In this document: positions 1 to 7,514 of the stretch, one piece after another
Position numbering within the stretch: the stretch's first letter is position 1
How the letters are laid out: each line of letters begins with the position of its first letter
NCBI GenBank assembly: GCA_963592455.1
Contig: CAVAWS010000088.1
Coordinates: 1-17,014, forward strand
Source: Paratractidigestivibacter sp.
GTDB lineage: Bacteria > Bacillota_I > Bacilli_A > RF39 > UBA660
Reading direction: 5' to 3'
DNA length: 17,014 bases
Notes under the pieces: generated by a model
Database searches by the model: none
What the model saw: the letters and a program-made list of their open reading frames with translations, nothing else
What the model was told of the DNA's origin: nothing
Translations under genes and position numbers: made by a program

Positions 1-10
1 GTTAATTGTT

Positions 11-415
11 TTGTTTAGTTACATTAAGTTAAAAAATTTTAAAGTTATAAAAGTAGAAAGAAACTATGAAAAAGGTATGCATGAAATAAGCATAAATGAA
101 TTGAAAAATAAGATTAGTAATAAGGAATCCTTTTTGCTATATACATATAATAATTACTGCACATTTAGTAAACCATGTGAAAATATATTTGAAAATGTTT
201 TAGAAAAAAATGATTATTTTTCGTATAAAATAAAATATGAACTATTATTAAAAACAATTTTTAAGAACAAAGTAAAATATGCACCTTCTTTTATAATAGT
301 AAGGAAAGGTAAAATTATAGATTACTTAGACGCAAATAGTAAGGATGATTATGATAAATATCAAAAAGAAGAAGTCTTTGAAAAATGGCTAAAAAAACAT
401 GTTAAAAAAGGTTAA
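11..415 (+). CDS. Thioredoxin-fold protein (TlpA / bacteriocin-transport-accessory-like), monothiol CxxS variant; 5' end uncertain
   Basis: ISINELKNKISNKESFLLYTYNNYCTFSKPC...APSFIIVRKGKIIDYL follows the thioredoxin-fold layout, with a redox motif after beta1 and a (P)-[ST]-x-[IVL] stretch followed by a G-K turn. The redox motif is CTFS (nt 158-169), not CxxC. The frame is open to the window edge (nt 2-10 have no stop). In-frame starts are TTG 11 and ATG 77, neither with a convincing SD, so the gene may begin upstream of the window. Confidence 0.5.
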   Translation: MFSYIKLKNFKVIKVERNYEKGMHEISINELKNKISNKESFLLYTYNNYCTFSKPCENIFENVLEKNDYFSYKIKYELLLKTIFKNKVKYAPSFIIVRKGKIIDYLDANSKDDYDKYQKEEVFEKWLKKHVKKG

Positions 416-455
416 TTTTATATTAGTCTTTTTTTATTTAAGTTATACCTATTAA

Positions 456-484
456 TTTACATATTGAATATTACGTGTTATAAT
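456..484 (+). promoter_or_regulatory. Putative sigma-A promoter for prfB (-35 TTTACA, 17-nt spacer, extended -10 TGTTATAAT)
   Basis: TTTACA at 456-461, TG at 476-477, TATAAT at 479-484. SD AGGTGA at 491-496 precedes ATG 501. Sequence pattern only. Confidence 0.5.
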
Positions 485-500
485 TAACATAGGTGATGAT

Positions 501-1593
501 ATGGAATTTAACATAGAAAATATTAATGAAATGAAGCAAAAATTGGATTTAATATGGAGGAATCTTTGACGTAGATTCACTAATTAATGAGAATAAAAAA
601 ATAGAAGAAGACATGAGAGAAAGTTCATTTTGGGATAGAAGTGACTCTAACACTTTAGTACAGAAATTAAGTTCAAATAACGAGGTTATTAAACCAGTGA
701 TTGAATTAAAAAAGAAGATAAATGATATAGAAGAATACTATGAGATGTTAGAAAAAGAAGAGTTTATAAATGAACTAAAAAATGATGTTATTTCAATAAA
801 TAAAGAGTTAGAAAAATTAAGTACATTGGCTTACTTAAACGGTAAATATGATAAAAATAATGCTATATTTGAAATTCATGCTGGAGCCGGAGGAACTGAA
901 AGTTGTGATTGGACTCTTATGTTATCTAGAATGTATACTAAGTATTTTGATAAAAAAAGGTACAAGTATGAAGTTTTGTCAGAACAAAAGGGTGAAGAAA
1001 CAGGTATTAAAAGTATGGTTTACTTGGTAAAAGGAAAGTTCTGTTATGGATACTTAAAATCAGAAAAAGGGGTTCATAGATTAGTTAGATTATCACCTTT
1101 TGATTCTAATAATAGAAGACATACTTCATTTGCAGCTGTTGATGTTATACCAGAATTTAATGATGCAATTGATATGGAAATAAAAGAAACTGATTTAAAA
1201 ATAGACGTTTATAGAAGTAGTGGAGCGGGTGGACAAGGTGTAAACACCACGGATAGTGCCGTAAGAATCACTTATTTGCCAATGAATTTAGTTGTAACAT
1301 GTCAAAATGAGAGGAGTCAAATAAAAAACAAAGAAACTGCTTTAAATGTATTAAAAAGTAAAATTTATAACATAAAGTTACAAGAGAAACAATCAAAAAT
1401 AAATGAATTAAAAGGAAGTAATAATATAGAGTTTGGATCTCAAATAAGAAGTTATATACTTCATCCTTATTCTTTAATAAAAGATCATAGGACAGGGTAT
1501 GAAACATCAAATGTTAATAAAGTTTTAGATGGTTATATAGACGAATTTGTTGATAGCTATTTAAAGAGGGAGAAAAAAGATGAGAATATTTAG
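501..1593 (+). CDS. prfB: Peptide chain release factor 2, made by programmed +1 ribosomal frameshift (frame 0: 501-566, then +1 frame: 568-1593)
   Basis: ATG 501 opens a 22-codon ORF, MEFNIENINEMKQKLDLIWRNL, ending CTT TGA C (564-570). Shifting +1 reads GAC (568-570) and continues in frame into the track ORF 613-1593. The SPF tripeptide (RLSPFDS) and GGQ motif (SGAGGQGVNTTDSAVRITYLP) are present. ATG 613 in the track is internal. Confidence 0.95.
556..570 (+). promoter_or_regulatory. prfB autoregulatory +1 frameshift site: internal SD-like GGAGG, 3-nt spacer, CTT TGA C
   Basis: ggagg aat ctt tga c has the same architecture as the E. coli prfB recoding site (AGGGGG TAT CTT TGA C). The in-frame UGA followed by C is a weak RF2-dependent stop. 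Confidence 0.9.
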
Positions 1594-2503
1594 TAGACTT
1601 AGACGTAAACATAGTGATAAAATTTTAAAAATGGTAGAACATGCCCATTTATTAAAAAGGTATGTGTTATTAGTATTTGGAGTTTTATTATATGCGATTG
1701 CTTATAACTTGTTCTTCTTAAAAAATAACATTGTATATGGTGGAGTTGCTGGTATTGCAATTATAACGAAAAATTTAATAGATCCCACTCTTATGATTGT
1801 TATATTAACCGTGATTTTATTAATTATAAGTTTTATTGCACTTGGTAAAAAGGAATCATTAAATTCGCTTGTTGGATCTTTATTATATCCTATATTTATA
1901 TACTTAACACGTAATATTGGAGATGTGTTTTCAATATCAAATGATAATTTACTATTAATAGCAATAATTGGTGGAGTATGCATGGGAGTTGGATCTGGCA
2001 TAGTATTTAAAACTGGGTTTACAACTGGTGGAACAGATATATTAAATCAGATATTTGCAAAATACTTTAAAGTATCTATTGGTACATCAATGATGTTTAC
2101 AGATGGGCTTATTGTTTTAGCAGGAGGATTTTTCTTCGGATGGACAAGAGTTTTATATGCATTAATAGTACTTTATATAATAAGTTTAATGGTTGATAAA
2201 GTTGTTCTTGGAATAGCTAGTACTAAAGCTTTATATATAACAACATCAGAAGATGAAGAAATAGTTGATTACCTGATAAATTCACTTAATCTTGGTGTTA
2301 CAATAATAGAAACAGTAGGTGGTTATTCAAACAAAAAAAGAAAAATGTTAATGAGTGTTATTCCAACCTCTGACTATTTTAGAGTTAAGGAAGGAATACA
2401 TGAAATAGATGAAAATGCAGTAATAGTTGCTACCGATGCTTATCAAGCAGAAGGTACTTATGGAAGAAAAAGAGGTGTTGTAAGTGGAATTCATAAGATT
2501 TAA
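1580..2503 (+). CDS. YitT-family (UPF0750, DUF161 + DUF2179) integral membrane protein
   Basis: Multi-TM N-terminal part with GGVAGIAII and TTGGTDIL motifs, plus a soluble C-terminal DUF2179-like domain (VTIIETVGGYS...MLMSVIP). SD GAGGGAG at 1567-1573. Overlaps the prfB stop by 14 nt. Sits in the position I recall for yvjA in B. subtilis. Confidence 0.85.
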   Translation: MRIFSRLRRKHSDKILKMVEHAHLLKRYVLLVFGVLLYAIAYNLFFLKNNIVYGGVAGIAIITKNLIDPTLMIVILTVILLIISFIALGKKESLNSLVGSLLYPIFIYLTRNIGDVFSISNDNLLLIAIIGGVCMGVGSGIVFKTGFTTGGTDILNQIFAKYFKVSIGTSMMFTDGLIVLAGGFFFGWTRVLYALIVLYIISLMVDKVVLGIASTKALYITTSEDEEIVDYLINSLNLGVTIIETVGGYSNKKRKMLMSVIPTSDYFRVKEGIHEIDENAVIVATDAYQAEGTYGRKRGVVSGIHKI

Positions 2504-3179
2504 GGATGTTGATAAAACATATAAAAATGGAGTTCATGCTGTATATGATATGAATTTATCTATTAAAAAAGGAGAATTTGTATTTATAATTGGTGCATCA
2601 GGCTCTGGAAAATCAACAATGATAAAAATGCTATACAGAGAAGAAAGACCATCTAATGGTGAAATAATACTTGGTGGTATAAATGTAGCAAAAGTTAAAA
2701 ATAGCAAAGTTTATAAGTTAAGAAGGAAGATTGGAATAGTGTTCCAAGATTATAAATTGCTTCCAAAACTAACGGTGTATGAAAACGTTGCATTTGCACT
2801 TGAAATATATGGATTACCAACTAATGAGGTAAGAAGAAAAGTGCTTAAAGCTTTAGATCTAGTAGGATTAAAATCAAAGACAAAGAGTTATCCTTCTCAG
2901 TTATCAGGAGGAGAACAACAACGTGTTGCAATAGCACGCGCAATTGTTAACTCACCAAAATTATTAATTTGTGATGAACCAACAGGAAACCTTGATCCTG
3001 ATACTAGTTGGGAAGTTATGCAAGTAATTCAAAAGATAAATGATCTTGGAACTACTATTGTAATGGCAACACATGATAGGGAAATGGTTGATAAAATGAA
3101 AAAAAGAGTTATATATTTAGAAAAGGGTAAATTAAAAAAAGATTATGAAAAGGGGACTTATATAAATGAAGGCGTTTAG
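2484..3179 (+). CDS. ftsE: Cell-division ABC transporter ATP-binding protein FtsE
   Basis: GTG start preceded by AAGAGG. N-terminus [13 protein letters not shown] is typical of FtsE. Walker [10 protein letters not shown], signature [14 protein letters not shown], Walker [13 protein letters not shown], and H-loop ATHD. Immediately upstream of ftsX, overlapping it. Confidence 0.93.
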   Translation: MEFIRFKDVDKTYKNGVHAVYDMNLSIKKGEFVFIIGASGSGKSTMIKMLYREERPSNGEIILGGINVAKVKNSKVYKLRRKIGIVFQDYKLLPKLTVYENVAFALEIYGLPTNEVRRKVLKALDLVGLKSKTKSYPSQLSGGEQQRVAIARAIVNSPKLLICDEPTGNLDPDTSWEVMQVIQKINDLGTTIVMATHDREMVDKMKKRVIYLEKGKLKKDYEKGTYINEGV

Positions 3180-4065
3180 AATTTTAAAAAGAAATGTAAG
3201 AGATGGATTTAAGAGTGTTGGTAGAAACTTTAGTTTATCAATCGCTTCTATCTCATGTATAGCAATTACCCTTTTAATAGTTGCAATAGCGTTAGCTGTA
3301 TCATTTAATGTTGAGAATATAACTAAGATAGTAAAAGAAGATTTTACAATAATAGCATTCATGGATGTTAATTCGACTAAAGAACAAGAAGATCAAATAA
3401 AAGAAGCAATAGAAAAATTTGACAATATAGAAAGTGTTAAATTTGAATCTAAAACAGATATAGCAAAAGATATGAAAGATACATCAGATACTCTATCAAG
3501 TATAATAGACACATGGTCTGATGATACAAATCCTTTATATGATACATTACAGATAAAAGTAAAGGATTCAAATAAAATATCACAAACAGCAAATAAAATA
3601 AAAGATATTGGCGGGATTGTAGAAGTAAAATATGGTCAAGGTATGGTTGAACAACTATTAACTGTTTTTAAAGCAGTTGAAAAAGGAATTATAATAGCAA
3701 TGGTTGCGTTAGTTTTAGTAACTTTATTCTTAATAACTAATACAATAAAAATAACTATTTTCTCAAGAAAAAAAGAAATAGAGATTATGAGACTTGTTGG
3801 AGCATCAAATTTCTCTATTAAACAACCTTTCGTAATAGAAGGTTTCTGTTTAGGATTTCTTGGATCACTAATTCCTGTTGCAGTTACAATATATGGTTAT
3901 TCAGCATTATATAAACATTTTAGTGGTCAGTTATTCTCACCATTTATAAAATTAGTACCTGCAGAGCCATTTGTTTATGTTGTTTCATTAATTTTAATTG
4001 GATTAGGTGTAGTAGTTGGTATGTTTGGAAGTTATAGAGCAGTAAAGAAGTATTTAAAAATATAA
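3166..4065 (+). CDS. ftsX: Cell-division ABC transporter permease-like protein FtsX
   Basis: Topology runs TM1, a ~120-aa extracytoplasmic domain, then three C-terminal TMs. RLVGASNFSIKQPFVIEG is the conserved FtsX box. Overlaps ftsE by 14 nt. Confidence 0.9.
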   Translation: MKAFRILKRNVRDGFKSVGRNFSLSIASISCIAITLLIVAIALAVSFNVENITKIVKEDFTIIAFMDVNSTKEQEDQIKEAIEKFDNIESVKFESKTDIAKDMKDTSDTLSSIIDTWSDDTNPLYDTLQIKVKDSNKISQTANKIKDIGGIVEVKYGQGMVEQLLTVFKAVEKGIIIAMVALVLVTLFLITNTIKITIFSRKKEIEIMRLVGASNFSIKQPFVIEGFCLGFLGSLIPVAVTIYGYSALYKHFSGQLFSPFIKLVPAEPFVYVVSLILIGLGVVVGMFGSYRAVKKYLKI

Positions 4066-5297
4066 TGAAAAATAAAGTAATAATATTAATAACATTTTTA
4101 ATAGCATTTATACTTCCAATAACTACATTACATGCAGAAAAAACAATAGGTCAAATAGAAAATGAATTAAACGAAAAACAAAAAAAATTAGATGAAAATA
4201 AAGCAAAACAAGCAACAACAGCAGAAGAAATAAAAAAGGTTCAAAATAATATATCAACAATTAATTCTAAAATATCAAAGGCAGAAAAAGATATAGAGGA
4301 GAAAACAAAAGAAAGCGAAGAATTAGAAAAGAAGATAGTAAAAAAGAACGAAGAAATTCAAAATTTAATGAGATATTATCAAGTATCTTCTAGTGGTTCA
4401 GCTATGCTTGAATATGTCATGGGTGCTGAAAGTTTAACTGATTTGATTTATAGATTATCAATAACTGAGCAAATTTCAAGTTATAATAAAAAAACAATAA
4501 AAGAAATGAATGATATGATAGATCAAAATAATAGATTAAAAGAAGAACTAAAGCAAAAAAAAGAAGAACTAAAACAGTTACAAAATGATTTAAATACAGA
4601 ATTATCAAAATTAAATAATCAAGCCGCTATTTTAAATAGTGATGAAAAGAGTTTATCGCAAGAAATAAGTGATATGAAACAAATTATAAGTAATTTAAAA
4701 TCTAAGGGATGTAAGTCAAGTGAAACTCAAACATCATGTTATAGTAGATTGTATCCTAAGAAAAATACAAGTGGTGGTAGTAATGTTTCTTATATATCAC
4801 CTGGTACAGACTGGTATAGGCCTTTAGTTAGCAGTTATATAACTAGTTTACCTGGATATCGTTCATCATTTGGAAGCTATCATTACGGAACAGATTATTC
4901 AGCCTCGGCAGGCACTCCAGCATATGCTGTTGCAAATGGCACGGTAGGATATATTAAAAGAGGCGGAGATTCTTGCGGGAATCAAGTGTTTGTATGGCAT
5001 TATATAAATGGTAATAAATACACAACATGGTATTGTCATTTATCAAAAATAAGTGTATCAGAGGGGCAAGATGTATATAAAGATACAGTAATTGGTCTTG
5101 TGGGTAATACAGGTAAAGAATATTATACTAATTATAATATGCCAGCCCATTTACATGTTGCATTTTCAACGGGATATTATTATAAAGATTATTATACAGG
5201 TTATAAATCCCACGTAGTAGAATACCCAATTGGTACTTATCCTATGAATGGTTCAAGGCCTGGTGTAGGATCAGCTTATAGGTGGAATAATAGGTAG
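4065..5297 (+). CDS. Secreted coiled-coil M23 (LytM-type) metallopeptidase, probable FtsEX-coupled peptidoglycan hydrolase (EnvC/PcsB/CwlO analogue)
   Basis: Signal peptide MKNKVIILITFLIAFILPITTLHA. Lys/Glu-rich heptad region over about aa 27-210. C-terminal M23 domain with HxxxD (H273..D277, nt 4881-4895), GNTG, and HxH (H362/H364, nt 5148-5156). The start shares the TAATG stop/start overlap with ftsX. Confidence 0.85.
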   Translation: MKNKVIILITFLIAFILPITTLHAEKTIGQIENELNEKQKKLDENKAKQATTAEEIKKVQNNISTINSKISKAEKDIEEKTKESEELEKKIVKKNEEIQNLMRYYQVSSSGSAMLEYVMGAESLTDLIYRLSITEQISSYNKKTIKEMNDMIDQNNRLKEELKQKKEELKQLQNDLNTELSKLNNQAAILNSDEKSLSQEISDMKQIISNLKSKGCKSSETQTSCYSRLYPKKNTSGGSNVSYISPGTDWYRPLVSSYITSLPGYRSSFGSYHYGTDYSASAGTPAYAVANGTVGYIKRGGDSCGNQVFVWHYINGNKYTTWYCHLSKISVSEGQDVYKDTVIGLVGNTGKEYYTNYNMPAHLHVAFSTGYYYKDYYTGYKSHVVEYPIGTYPMNGSRPGVGSAYRWNNR

Positions 5298-5320
5298 TTT
5301 TTAACTACCTTTTTTATTTT
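5292..5320 (+). terminator. Rho-independent terminator after the prfB-to-M23 gene string
   Basis: Perfect 8-bp stem AGGTAGTT (5292-5299) / AACTACCT (5303-5310) with a 3-nt loop, followed by TTTTTATTTT. The M23 stop codon lies inside the stem. Confidence 0.7.
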
Positions 5321-5351
5321 AATGGTGGTATAATTATAAGGAGGTGTTAAT

Positions 5352-6557
5352 ATGGAAAATAAAAAATTCATACCGGTATTATTAGGTAGTGATAGAAATG
5401 TTTATGGTATGGCATTAGCATTTTATGAGGAATATAATATAAAATCAATTGCGCTTGGAAAAAGAGATGCAAGAGAGACTCTTGGAAGTAAACTAATAAT
5501 TCCAATAAAAGAGGAAAGACTAGAAGAAGATGAGATATTTGTAAAAAAATTACTTGAGATAAAGAAAAACTATGAAAATACAGACTTAATATTAATAGCA
5601 TGTAGTGATGTATATATGAAATTAATTATTAATAATAAATCTAAGTTAAAAAATAAATACATAATTCCATATGTTGATAAAAAATTAATGGATAAACTAG
5701 TTTTAAAAGAACAATTTTATAAGACATGTGATAAATATGGATTAAAGTATCCAAAGACTGAAATTTGTACATATGACGATTATAAAAAATATATGCCTAG
5801 TTTTTCTTTCCCTATAATAATTAAACCATCTAATAGTGTTGCTTATTGGAAGTGTGACTTTGAAGGTAAAAAGAAGGTATTTATATGTGACACAAAAGAA
5901 GATATGAAACGTATATTTAAAGGAATATATAAGTCTGGTTATAAAGATTCTTTAATTATACAAGAATATATACCAGGTGATGATACTAAATTAAGAGTAT
6001 TAAACGCTTATGTTGATTCTAATCACAAGGTTACGTTTATGGCGTTAGGTCAAATACTATTAGAAGAAAAGGCACCAAAAGAAATAGGAGATTATGGAGC
6101 AATTATAACTACTTATGATAAAAAATTAATGAATAAAATAAAAGATTTTCTAGAAGATATTAAGTTCTTTGGTTATGCAAATTTTGATTTTAAATATGAC
6201 GAGAGAAATAAAGAATATATTATATTTGAAATTAATATTAGACAGGGAAGAAGTTCGTCTTTTACAACTCTTAGTGGATACAACATTACAAAGTATTTAG
6301 TAGATGATGTAATATATAACAAAAAAAGAAAAATTGAGTATTTAACAGATAAACATTTATGGAATGTAGTTGGAAAACATACTATATTAAAACATTTAAA
6401 AGATGAAAAATTAAAAAGTGAAGTTAAGTACCTATATAGACAAAAAAAGGCTTCTAACTTATTATTTTATAAAAAAGACATGGGATTATCTAGATTAAAA
6501 AATGTATTAATATTATATATGAGAACAATTCAAAGATATAATAAATACTATAAATAA
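5352..6557 (+). CDS. ATP-grasp carboxylate-amine ligase, probable D-aspartate ligase (Asl-like) for the peptidoglycan cross-bridge
   Basis: ATP-grasp layout: PIIIKPSNS, IIQEYIPGDD, and FEINIRQGRSS for the Mg-ATP site. Strong SD AAGGAGG at 5338-5344. The functional guess rests on linkage to an aspartate racemase, the arrangement described for E. faecium Asl/Rac and L. lactis AslA/RacD. Confidence 0.75.
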   Translation: MENKKFIPVLLGSDRNVYGMALAFYEEYNIKSIALGKRDARETLGSKLIIPIKEERLEEDEIFVKKLLEIKKNYENTDLILIACSDVYMKLIINNKSKLKNKYIIPYVDKKLMDKLVLKEQFYKTCDKYGLKYPKTEICTYDDYKKYMPSFSFPIIIKPSNSVAYWKCDFEGKKKVFICDTKEDMKRIFKGIYKSGYKDSLIIQEYIPGDDTKLRVLNAYVDSNHKVTFMALGQILLEEKAPKEIGDYGAIITTYDKKLMNKIKDFLEDIKFFGYANFDFKYDERNKEYIIFEINIRQGRSSSFTTLSGYNITKYLVDDVIYNKKRKIEYLTDKHLWNVVGKHTILKHLKDEKLKSEVKYLYRQKKASNLLFYKKDMGLSRLKNVLILYMRTIQRYNKYYK

Positions 6558-6564
6558 GGTTATT

Positions 6565-6843
6565 ATGATAAATAATTTTATTGGTATAATAGGTTCAAAT
6601 AGCAGAGAAGTAATTAATGTAATGGAAGAAATATTAATAAAGACTAATGCTAAAACCGATCAAGAAAATATACAAATGAATATTTTAATAACAGATAAAA
6701 TAGAAGAAGGTTTATTATATTTGAAAAAAATTGGTTCAAAAGAAATAATGATATTAGAGGATTATCAAGGTAATTGTCATGATGTTAATATTCTTAATAA
6801 GAAAGATATTTCGTATATAGTTAGTAAGTATAGGAATGATTAA
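6565..6843 (+). CDS. 92-aa ORF resembling a degenerate N-terminal segment of an Asp/Glu racemase (relic or small partner protein)
   Basis: FIGIIGSNSREVINVMEEILIKTNAKTDQENIQMNILITD aligns by eye to the racemase N-terminus IGIxGGMGPxAT....I...T.AK.DQEHI. The GGxGP loop is replaced by GSNSRE and there is no PCNTA catalytic Cys box. It starts 7 nt after the ligase stop and its stop lies 1 nt before the racemase ATG 6845. The SD is weak (TAAGGT). Confidence 0.45.
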   Translation: MINNFIGIIGSNSREVINVMEEILIKTNAKTDQENIQMNILITDKIEEGLLYLKKIGSKEIMILEDYQGNCHDVNILNKKDISYIVSKYRND

Positions 6844-6844
6844 A

Positions 6845-7501
6845 ATGAAAAAGAAGATAGGAATAGTAGGTGGACTAGGACCTATGGCTACTGTAACGCT
6901 TATGAAGCAGTTAGGTGATAAATATGATTTAGTGGTTATAAATGATCCTACAACACCAGATAGAACAAACTTTATATTAAATAAGAGCACAGAAGACCCA
7001 ACCGAAAATATATTAAATATGATAGAAAAATTAGAGCTTTATAATGCTGATTTAATAACTATGCCATGTAATACAGCTTCTTATTTTTATAATAAAATAA
7101 AAGATAAAATTGATTGCCCATTTTTAAACATAGTTGAAGAAACGTCTAGATTTGTTAAGAATTTAAGTGTTAAAAAAGTTGGTTTACTTGCAACAAATGG
7201 AACTATAGAAAGTAATATATATAAAAATGAACTTGAAAAATATGGAATAGAAGTTGTAATACCTGATGATAAAAATCAAAATAACATAATGGACATTATA
7301 TATAAAGAGGTTAAAGCTAATAAAAAGGTAAGTATTAATAAACTTTATGATGCAATAGATAACTTAAAAGAAAAAGGTGCAGAAAAAGTAATATTTGGAT
7401 GTACAGAATTATCAGTTATATATAGTGATGAAAAAATAGAAGATCCATTTATTATAGATTCTATTAAAGTATTATCAGATATGATAAAAACTAAGATTTA
7501 A
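6845..7501 (+). CDS. Aspartate racemase (Asp/Glu/hydantoin racemase family)
   Basis: KKIGIVGGLGPMAT at the N-terminus. Both catalytic Cys boxes are present: MPCNTA and GCTELS. AGGA at 6832-6835 sits 9 nt before ATG 6845. The track start ATG 6836 is an in-frame alternative. Confidence 0.85.
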   Translation: MKKKIGIVGGLGPMATVTLMKQLGDKYDLVVINDPTTPDRTNFILNKSTEDPTENILNMIEKLELYNADLITMPCNTASYFYNKIKDKIDCPFLNIVEETSRFVKNLSVKKVGLLATNGTIESNIYKNELEKYGIEVVIPDDKNQNNIMDIIYKEVKANKKVSINKLYDAIDNLKEKGAEKVIFGCTELSVIYSDEKIEDPFIIDSIKVLSDMIKTKI

Positions 7502-7514
7502 GTCTTAGTTTTTT
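7487..7514. terminator. Possible bidirectional hairpin terminator spanning both convergent stop codons
   Basis: 10-bp stem AAAACTAAGA (7487-7496) / TCTTAGTTTT (7503-7512) with loop TTTAAG. A/T tracts on both sides would give U-tails on either strand. Only 2 G:C pairs, so the stem is weak. Confidence 0.35.

Noticed and set aside
613-615. ATG 613 as the start of prfB, as implied by the ORF track
   Set aside because: It would remove RF2 domain 1 residues. The upstream 501-566 ORF, plus the CTT TGA C site and internal GGAGG, joins in frame after a +1 shift.
848-1030. Nine short alternative-frame or antisense ORFs from the track: 848-1030(+), 1268-1510(-), 1702-2001(-), 3132-3362(-), 4417-4608(-), 5368-5601(-), 6754-6990(-), 8737-8985(+), 10835-11092(-)
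   Set aside because: Each lies wholly inside a strongly supported gene (prfB, the YitT-family gene, ftsE/ftsX, the M23 gene, the ATP-grasp gene, the racemase, the flippase or uvrB). Their translations are low-complexity and rich in Leu, Ile and Phe, as expected for shadow frames in AT-rich DNA. None has a visible SD.
4538-4572. Direct repeat AAAGAAGAACTAAA x2 inside the M23 gene
   Set aside because: It encodes the repeated KEELKQ heptads of the coiled coil, so it is a protein-level repeat rather than a DNA element.
5326-5334. TGGTATAAT as a functional promoter for the ATP-grasp ligase gene
   Set aside because: The GGAGG of the SD begins only 5 nt after the hexamer, so a normal start site would fall inside the SD. 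It is mentioned in the findings but not called as a feature. Expression may instead rely on terminator read-through or on a promoter I cannot recognise.
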